A stretch of DNA of 12,762 nt from an archaeon (GTDB lineage: Archaea; Iainarchaeota; Iainarchaeia; Iainarchaeales; 0-14-0-20-34-12): assembly GCA_038046645.1 (NCBI GenBank), contig JBBSVU010000014.1:67606-80367 (forward strand), read 5' to 3'. The translations under genes were made by a program, and so were the position numbers. The notes beneath the pieces were generated by a model. It was not told the DNA's origin, ran no database searches, and saw only the letters and a list, made by a program, of their open reading frames with translations. Below are positions 6,793 through 12,762 of the stretch, piece after piece. The first letter of the stretch is position 1. The number at the start of each line of letters is the position of its first letter.

Positions 6793-8139
6793 TTAATTAC
6801 TTCTTCCCTTCCTTCTTAAATATGCTTTTTGCAGTCTCTTATGATATCCTCTTGCTTCATCTATTCCTCGAACTTCCTCATCTATTTTCGGGGTTCTTAA
6901 CTGCAGTTCAAAATCACCTTTTTCTCCTGTAATTAAATAATGCAGCCCTCTGTAACCATATGCCTTGGGATGCCTAATGTAATTGCTTGCTTTTACAACC
7001 TTTCCTGGTGGAACTGCTTGTTCAACAAAAGCGTACATTGTATCAATAAGGGCTTCTTCTTCAACATTTCTTGCCCAGCCTTTGTGTTTCATCTTTTTAA
7101 CAAACCCTGGAACCAATCTTTTGTTATCTTTATTCAAATGAACTGAAAAGGTTTCTCTGCCAAGCACTTGAGTATAAGCTCCTGGAAAAACACTTTGCTC
7201 TTTTCGGTCAAAGAAATCCAATACAAAATTATCGTCTCCAATAGGCATTGGCTTTTTGGGTTTTCTTTTAAACAGTAATTCATTCGTATCTTTAGATTCA
7301 GTTAATTTCCAGCCTTCTTTTTCGCATAATTCCATTATGCTTTCAATAGATTGCCCTCTTCTTGCAAGGGAATCTTTTTTCAGAACAAGAACCTCGTAGC
7401 CTTTAGCATCATGAGTAAATGAACCTGCCCCTCTTCTTGCAGCTTCAAATTCTAATGGCAATTGTCTTTCAAAAACTAAAACCCGCTCGGGAATCTTTCT
7501 TCTTTTGCCAAAACCAACACTCTTGAACACTACCCTTATGCCAGTTGTTTCTAAATGCACACGTTCTTCAGCAACTATCATTTCCATTATGCTTCTGTTT
7601 ATGTGTATTTTAGGGACTACTTCTCCTTGAGGAGTAAGATATTCGATAAGCTTGCGATAAACTTGGCCTTTTCTTAATCCTGCTTGCAAGGGTAAATGCC
7701 CTTCAGCATAAAGCCTTTGCAAATCAGTTTCATCCAAAGGAACTCTTCCCATTATATCTGTCGGGATTAACGCTCGCCTCAAGGAATCCAAAGTAATTTC
7801 ATAACAATCAGCAAACTTTCCTTTCCCTAATGGAATAGCTTCGCTTAATTGTTCTTTAATTCTATCAATCTTATCCAAAGCAGACTTGCTTGTTTTTAAT
7901 CTAGTAAAGGAAGCACAGTTTAACTCTAATCCATTCCTTTCTGCAAATTCACTAAGTTGCCCCTTAACATCATTTTCAATAACAACCCTTTTGCCCCACC
8001 TGCGGGAATAATTCCCTAAATAAATATCAAGTTCTCTGACACGGCCTCTTTCCCTAAAATAAGTTGGAATATTTTGTACCTTTTCTTTAGCTCGTTCCAA
8101 ATAATGCTTCAAGCGCGCTTTTACTAAAAATCTTGGCAT
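6793..8139 (-). CDS. RelA/SpoT synthetase-domain (small alarmone synthetase-like) protein with large insertions, 448 aa
   Basis: RLKTSKSALDKIDR (aa 80-93), LETTGIRVVF (aa 196-205), NYIRHPKAYGYRGLH (aa 386-400) and FELQLRT (aa 410-416) correspond in order to the RSH synthetase motifs RxKxxxSxxxK, DxxGxR, DYIxxPKxNGYxSLH and ExQIRT. Confidence 0.8.
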   Translation of the reverse strand: MPRFLVKARLKHYLERAKEKVQNIPTYFRERGRVRELDIYLGNYSRRWGKRVVIENDVKGQLSEFAERNGLELNCASFTRLKTSKSALDKIDRIKEQLSEAIPLGKGKFADCYEITLDSLRRALIPTDIMGRVPLDETDLQRLYAEGHLPLQAGLRKGQVYRKLIEYLTPQGEVVPKIHINRSIMEMIVAEERVHLETTGIRVVFKSVGFGKRRKIPERVLVFERQLPLEFEAARRGAGSFTHDAKGYEVLVLKKDSLARRGQSIESIMELCEKEGWKLTESKDTNELLFKRKPKKPMPIGDDNFVLDFFDRKEQSVFPGAYTQVLGRETFSVHLNKDNKRLVPGFVKKMKHKGWARNVEEEALIDTMYAFVEQAVPPGKVVKASNYIRHPKAYGYRGLHYLITGEKGDFELQLRTPKIDEEVRGIDEARGYHKRLQKAYLRRKGRSN

Positions 8140-8355
8140 AGTTTCACATAATCAATTTAATATATCTAAATATATTATGGCATTTACTTTTAAAATATGG
8201 CTAAAATCAATGAGAAATAAGGAATTACGGCCTATAGAAGCAGTCTGCAAAGCAGGATTAGCTTTATAAATCATTTGCAGGAATAGTTGTTAATTTAAAA
8301 GCAAGACAATAAAGTCTATTTTATAGATTAAATTTGTGTTTATTGTGGTGTTATT

Positions 8356-9105
8356 ATGGGATTGAGGCCAGCTAGCTGTTACAGAAGCATAAAACAAAGG
8401 GCATTCACAAGAACTGCTGTTGTGGTACATAAAAAGAATTATGTTGGGACTTCTCCAGCAGTGAAGATTAGGCAATTTAATATGGGCAACCCAGAATACC
8501 CTTTCAACACTGTTGTTGATTTAATAGCACAGCAGGCTCTTGTTATTAGGGATAATGCAATTGAATCCGTAAGAATGACAATTAACAGATACTTGCAAAG
8601 AAAATTAGGGGTAGAAGGATATTTCATGAAAATTAGGGTATATCCCCATCATATTTTAAGAGAGAATAAACAGGCGCAGGGAGCAGGTGCAGATCGTGTA
8701 AGCCAGGGAATGAGATTATCATTTGGAAGGCCAATTGGAAGGGCAATAAGGGCAAAAGAAGGATTAATTTTAATGAGCATACTTGTTGATGAAAAAAATA
8801 AAGCAGTAGCTCAAGAAGCATTCCATAGAACTTCTGCAAAAATTCCTTGCAAATTAAAAATTAATACTCACAAAGATGTTAAATCAGTAGGGACAAAACC
8901 AAGGAAGACAAAGATGGTTGAAGAAAAGGTTGAAGAGAAAACTGAGGAAGTAACTGCAACCACTGAAGCTGCAGCAACTACTACGACAGCAGGAGCTAAG
9001 GGGGCTGCAGGCGGAAAAGCCGCAACAACCACGCCAGTTACAACAGGAAAGGCTGCAACTGGAAAAGATGCAGCAAAACCATCAAAGGAAGAAAAGAAGA
9101 AATAA
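8356..9105 (+). CDS. rpl10e: 50S ribosomal protein uL16 (archaeal L10e) with a low-complexity C-terminal tail
   Basis: RPASCYR, IRDNAIESVR and KIRVYPHHILRENK..GAGADRVSQGMRLSFGRPIG. GTGGTG SD-like sequence at 8345-8350 and TTTATAAA at 8263-8270. Confidence 0.96.
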   Translation: MGLRPASCYRSIKQRAFTRTAVVVHKKNYVGTSPAVKIRQFNMGNPEYPFNTVVDLIAQQALVIRDNAIESVRMTINRYLQRKLGVEGYFMKIRVYPHHILRENKQAQGAGADRVSQGMRLSFGRPIGRAIRAKEGLILMSILVDEKNKAVAQEAFHRTSAKIPCKLKINTHKDVKSVGTKPRKTKMVEEKVEEKTEEVTATTEAAATTTTAGAKGAAGGKAATTTPVTTGKAATGKDAAKPSKEEKKK

Positions 9106-9118
9106 ATATTATTAATTT

Positions 9119-9158
9119 GATTACTGCTTTTGCGGTAATCCTCTTTTTCTATTTTTTT
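9119..9158 (+). terminator. Hairpin plus T-rich terminator after rpl10e
   Basis: GATTACTGC-TTTT-GCGGTAATC (9119-9140; 9 bp with one G-U) followed by CTCTTTTTCTATTTTTTT. Confidence 0.7.
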
Positions 9159-9184
9159 AAAATCCTCTTTTTTCTATTTTTTAA
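9137..9184 (+). repeat. Tandem duplication of a 24-nt T-rich unit
   Basis: AATCCTCTTTTTCTATTTTTTTAA (9137-9160) and AATCCTCTTTTTTCTATTTTTTAA (9161-9184), differing only in T-run lengths. Confidence 0.75.
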
Positions 9185-9248
9185 ATTTAGAATTTATTAA
9201 TTAAACTAATTTATTTCCAATAAAAAAGATAACTGAAAGCATCGTCAT

Positions 9249-9266
9249 ATGCCAAATATTTATAAA
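9249..9266 (+). promoter_or_regulatory. Archaeal promoter (TATA box) of ppsA
   Basis: TTTATAAA at 9259-9266, 28 nt before ATG 9295, preceded by ATGCCAAA. No SD, consistent with a leaderless or short-leader mRNA. Confidence 0.65.
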
Positions 9267-9294
9267 CATATTAGGCTTTCTAATATACGAGCTT

Positions 9295-11640
9295 ATGCCG
9301 GATATACTTTGGTTTAAAGATGTAGGAAGGGATGATGTCGGAATTGTTGGGGGTAAAGGCGCTAATTTAGGGGAAATGACCCAAGCTAATTTTCCTGTCC
9401 CTCCGGGATTTATTGTAACATCACAAGCATATTTCCATTACATTGAAAGCACTGGATTAAAGCCGAAAATACTGAAAATAATTGACAGCTTGAATGTTGA
9501 TGATACTGATTCATTAGAGAAAAAAACAGCTGAAGTAAGGGAAATGATAATTAAAACAGCAATGAGTGAAGAATTAAAGGTAGAAATAATTAAAGCATAT
9601 AAAAAATTAAGCGAGGAAAAATTAGCTTGGTTAAGCACAAGCGAACCTAGCTGTGTTGCAGTAAGGTCATCAGCAACAGCAGAGGATTTGCCTGAAGCAA
9701 GCTTTGCCGGGCAGCAGGATACTTACCTTAATGTGATGGGAAACGAAGAACTAATTAATAAAGTAAGGAAATGCTGGGCTTCTCTTTTTACTGCACGAGC
9801 CACTTATTACAGAAAAGAGCAGGGCTTTCCAACTGAAAAAGTAGGAATTGCAGTAGTAGTGCAAAAAATGATTAACTCTGAATCAAGCGGGGTAATGTTT
9901 ACTGCTGACCCTACAGGGGAGCGAAGCAAAATAATTATTGAGGCAGGTTTTGGTTTGGGTGAAGCGATTGTTTCTGGCACAATTACCCCGGATAATTATG
10001 TTGTGGATAGAACTTCAATGAAATTAATTGGAAAAAAGATTAATGCACAGGAATTGAAGATTATCAGGCAGGGAAATTCAACCATAAAAATGCCAATGGA
10101 AAAGACAGAAGCAAAGCAGCAGAAATTGGCAGATGAATTAATTGTTGAATTAGCAAACATTGGGGCGAATATTGAAAATCATTATAAAGCACCGCAGGAT
10201 ATTGAATGGGCTCTTGAGAAAGGTAAATTATACATTGTGCAAAGCAGGGCGATTACAACATTAGCTTTAACTGATAAAGTCAAAGAGTATAAAGGCATGG
10301 AAGATCAGCAAGGAAAACTAAGGGCATTAATTAAGGGATTGCCTGCTTCTCCTGCGATAGGCCATGGCTTGGTAAAAGTCATTCCGACTGCAAATGATAT
10401 TGTAAAGGCTCAACCTGGCGAGGTAATTGTAACAATAATGACTAATCCTGATTGGGTTCCTGTGATGAAAAAAGCATCTGCGATAATTACTGATGCTGGG
10501 GGGGTCACTTGCCATGCAGCCATTGTATCAAGGGAATTAGGAATTCCTTGTGTTGTGGGAACAGCAAATGCAACCAAGGTTTTGAAGGATAATACAATGG
10601 TTACAGTAGACGGTTTTTCTGGCAATGTTTATGAAGGGCAGGTAATGGAAGATAAAACTTCAACAGCAGATGGGGAGAGCATAAAGGAAGAGATTGAGGC
10701 TGAGAGCAGGGCTTTGCAGAAATTGGCAGATGTGCTTGGCCAGAACATGATTAAAGTAAAGGTTAATGTTGCTCTGCCTGATGCAGCTAAAAAGGCCGCA
10801 GACACAGGCGCTGACGGCGTTGGATTATTAAGGGCAGAACATATGATTACTGCATCTGGAAAACACCCTGCACAATTCATAAGGGAAGGGAATGAAGAAG
10901 ATTTGAAAAATGCAGTAAAGGAAGGCATTAAGGTAGTGCTAAATGCGTTCAATGGAAAAGCCGTATGGTACAGAAGCTTTGATGCAAGAACTGATGAATT
11001 TAGGAATTTGGTGGGAGGGGACCAAGAACCGCATGAAGACAACCCTATGCTCGGATGGCATGGGATAAGGAGAGATTTGGATCCTGAACAGGTTGAAATA
11101 TTTAAAGCACAGGTTAAAGCAATTAAGGAATTAATTGATGAAGGATACAAAAATATCGGATTGATGCTGCCTTTCGTAGTGCATGTTGATGAATTGAAAA
11201 AAGCAAAGGAATTGATAAGAGAAATTGGCTTGGGGCAGGAAAAGAATTTATTTGAAATAGGGGTAATGGTTGAAACACCTGCAGCATGCTGGATAATTGA
11301 TGATTTGATAAATGAGGGAATTGATTTCATTTCATTTGGGACAAATGATTTAACGCAATTAACATTAGGCTTGGATAGGAACAACGAAAAGATACAATAT
11401 CTATTCAATGAAATGCATCCTGCTGTGCTTGGCGAGATAAAAATGGTTATTGAGAAATGTAAAAAGGCCAAGGTAAAAACATCTATTTGCGGACAGGCAG
11501 GTTCAAGGGAGGATATGGTCAAGATGCTAATAGGCTTTGGGATTGACTCTGTTTCTGCAAACATTGATGCCGTCAGCAGGATAAGGAAAGCTGTGCTTGC
11601 TGAAGAAAAAAAGATGCTACTTGAAAGGGCAAACAAGTAA
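9295..11640 (+). CDS. ppsA: Phosphoenolpyruvate synthase (pyruvate, water dikinase)
   Basis: VGGKGANLGEM, AVRSSATAEDLPEASFAGQQDTYL, DIEWA..QSRAIT, phospho-His motif GGVTCHAAIVSRELG, ENPMLG-type EDNPMLGWHGIR, MVETP, SFGTNDLTQ and ICGQA. Confidence 0.97.
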   Translation: MPDILWFKDVGRDDVGIVGGKGANLGEMTQANFPVPPGFIVTSQAYFHYIESTGLKPKILKIIDSLNVDDTDSLEKKTAEVREMIIKTAMSEELKVEIIKAYKKLSEEKLAWLSTSEPSCVAVRSSATAEDLPEASFAGQQDTYLNVMGNEELINKVRKCWASLFTARATYYRKEQGFPTEKVGIAVVVQKMINSESSGVMFTADPTGERSKIIIEAGFGLGEAIVSGTITPDNYVVDRTSMKLIGKKINAQELKIIRQGNSTIKMPMEKTEAKQQKLADELIVELANIGANIENHYKAPQDIEWALEKGKLYIVQSRAITTLALTDKVKEYKGMEDQQGKLRALIKGLPASPAIGHGLVKVIPTANDIVKAQPGEVIVTIMTNPDWVPVMKKASAIITDAGGVTCHAAIVSRELGIPCVVGTANATKVLKDNTMVTVDGFSGNVYEGQVMEDKTSTADGESIKEEIEAESRALQKLADVLGQNMIKVKVNVALPDAAKKAADTGADGVGLLRAEHMITASGKHPAQFIREGNEEDLKNAVKEGIKVVLNAFNGKAVWYRSFDARTDEFRNLVGGDQEPHEDNPMLGWHGIRRDLDPEQVEIFKAQVKAIKELIDEGYKNIGLMLPFVVHVDELKKAKELIREIGLGQEKNLFEIGVMVETPAACWIIDDLINEGIDFISFGTNDLTQLTLGLDRNNEKIQYLFNEMHPAVLGEIKMVIEKCKKAKVKTSICGQAGSREDMVKMLIGFGIDSVSANIDAVSRIRKAVLAEEKKMLLERANK

Positions 11641-11659
11641 AATCTAAGTATATCTGCCC

Positions 11660-11683
11660 AAATGCCATAAATAAATTTAATAA
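11660..11683 (+). promoter_or_regulatory. Archaeal promoter of dph2
   Basis: TTTAATAA at 11676-11683, 23 nt before ATG 11707, preceded by AAATGCCATAA. Confidence 0.55.
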
Positions 11684-11706
11684 CTAAAGCTAAGCATAAT
11701 TATTGC

Positions 11707-12708
11707 ATGGCAGAAACTAATTCAAGACTGAAAATTGATTTTGATTTTGCAAAAAAGGCAATTGAAAAATCTGGTGCAAAAAGGATAATCCTGCAAATGC
11801 CTGAAGGATTGAAAGGCCACATTATTTTAATAATTGCAGAACTTAGAGAAAATTGTAAAAGTGCGGAATTCTTCTGCAGCATTGACCCTGTTTATGGCGC
11901 CTGCGATTTGGCAGAAAAAGAAGCCGAGCAGATAAATGCTGATTTGGTTTTACATTTTGGGCATTCACAAATGATCGGAAGCAAAAAAACTGTTTATGTG
12001 CCTGTCACATATGAAATTTCAGAAAAAGAGATTGAAAAATCTGCCAAAAAAATAATTGGATATTTGCAAAGGAATAAAATTTCAAATGTTTCTTTAGGGG
12101 GAACAATACAATATGTGCCTTATTTGCAGAAGATTAAACAGCTAATTGAAAAACAGAATATAAAAGTAAATCTTGGAAGAACTGGTTTGCTTAAAGATGG
12201 ACAAATATTGGGCTGTAACATAAATTCAGTATTATTAGACAATAAAACTCAATTATTGGTTCTTTTTTCTGATGGATATTTCCATGCAAAATTTGCAGCA
12301 CTTACCTCAAAAAAGCCAGTGATTCAGGTTGATTTGATTAATGCAAAAATTGAAGAAATAAAACAAGATCAAAAACTTGTGAGGAAAAGAATTGCTGCAA
12401 TCCAGCAGGCAGAAAAAGCGAAATCCTTCGGGATTTTAATTTGCACAAAGGAAGGGCAGTTTAATATTGAAAAAGCGCTTGAGTTGAAAAAACTGATTGA
12501 TGATAAAGGAAAAACTGCTTATTTATTCACTGGCGATTTTCTGATGCCTGAATATTTTTTGGGAATAGATGTTGACTGCTTTGTCAGCACTGCCTGCCCG
12601 CGCATTGTGCTTGATGAATCTGAAAAATGGAAAAAGCCATTATTAAATGCTGAAGAATTGATGGTCGTGTTAGGAATAAAAAAATTGGAAGAGTATTCGC
12701 TAATTTAA
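11707..12708 (+). CDS. dph2: Diphthamide biosynthesis enzyme Dph2 (2-(3-amino-3-carboxypropyl)histidine synthase)
   Basis: LQMPEGLK, YGACDL, HFGHS, GQILGC, FH, TKEGQ and TACPRI. The three dispersed Cys that ligate the [4Fe-4S] cluster are present. Confidence 0.95.
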   Translation: MAETNSRLKIDFDFAKKAIEKSGAKRIILQMPEGLKGHIILIIAELRENCKSAEFFCSIDPVYGACDLAEKEAEQINADLVLHFGHSQMIGSKKTVYVPVTYEISEKEIEKSAKKIIGYLQRNKISNVSLGGTIQYVPYLQKIKQLIEKQNIKVNLGRTGLLKDGQILGCNINSVLLDNKTQLLVLFSDGYFHAKFAALTSKKPVIQVDLINAKIEEIKQDQKLVRKRIAAIQQAEKAKSFGILICTKEGQFNIEKALELKKLIDDKGKTAYLFTGDFLMPEYFLGIDVDCFVSTACPRIVLDESEKWKKPLLNAEELMVVLGIKKLEEYSLI

Positions 12709-12762
12709 CTGACATCCTCCACACCCTAAAGGGTGTGGGTTCCCATTTAGGCTGCATATTCC
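12709..12762 (-). mobile_element. Probable right end of an IS200/IS605-family (TnpB/IS1341-type) element or derived MITE, truncated by the window
   Basis: Minus strand reads GGGAACCCACACCC-TTTA-GGGTGTGG-AGGATGTCAG: a GC-rich 8-bp subterminal hairpin (12719-12738) followed by a terminal TCAG, the pattern I recognise from IS605-family right ends. No tnpA or tnpB is visible within the window. Confidence 0.7.

Noticed and set aside
6940..7146. 68-aa antisense ORF inside the RelA-like gene as a possible antitoxin
   Set aside because: It overlaps the most conserved catalytic motif on the opposite strand and has no promoter, SD or family evidence.
8245..8280. 7-bp inverted repeat CTGCAAA/TTTGCAG flanking the rpl10e TATA box
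   Set aside because: Short and made of a heptamer that is frequent throughout this window, so likely chance.
6564..8355. Integrated element at tRNA-Cys carrying the RelA-like gene
   Set aside because: No integrase, and I could not find a duplicated tRNA 3' end (att site) on the far side of the gene.
9137..9184. 24-nt direct repeats as a CRISPR remnant
   Set aside because: Only two abutting low-complexity copies, with no spacer and no cas genes.
10629..11636. 335-aa antisense ORF opposite ppsA
   Set aside because: It lies wholly within the well-conserved ppsA on the other strand and has the Ser/Phe/Ile-rich composition typical of a shadow frame, with no motifs.

Overview
AT-rich archaeal chromosomal window. 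Archaeal origin rests on rpl10e/uL16, dph2, a tRNA with a bulge-helix-bulge intron and TATA-box promoters. The compact layout and many orphans suggest a DPANN lineage, which is inference only. Housekeeping genes: mre11, a HAD hydrolase, a THUMP/ThiI-like protein with a destroyed PP-loop, argF, an intron-containing tRNA-Cys(GCA), rpl10e, ppsA and dph2. Interspersed are four Arg-rich accessory ORFs: an alpha/beta hydrolase, an orphan, a degenerate GNAT-like protein and a 448-aa RelA/SpoT-synthetase-like protein. The last is the most striking, because its four catalytic motifs are pulled apart by two large insertions, one of them internally duplicated. The window ends in what looks like the right end of an IS200/IS605 (TnpB-type) element abutting the dph2 stop codon. 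Non-coding observations include a promoter motif shared by three genes, a hairpin-rich tRNA upstream region and a 64-bp inverted-repeat element. All calls were made by eye; no searches were run.
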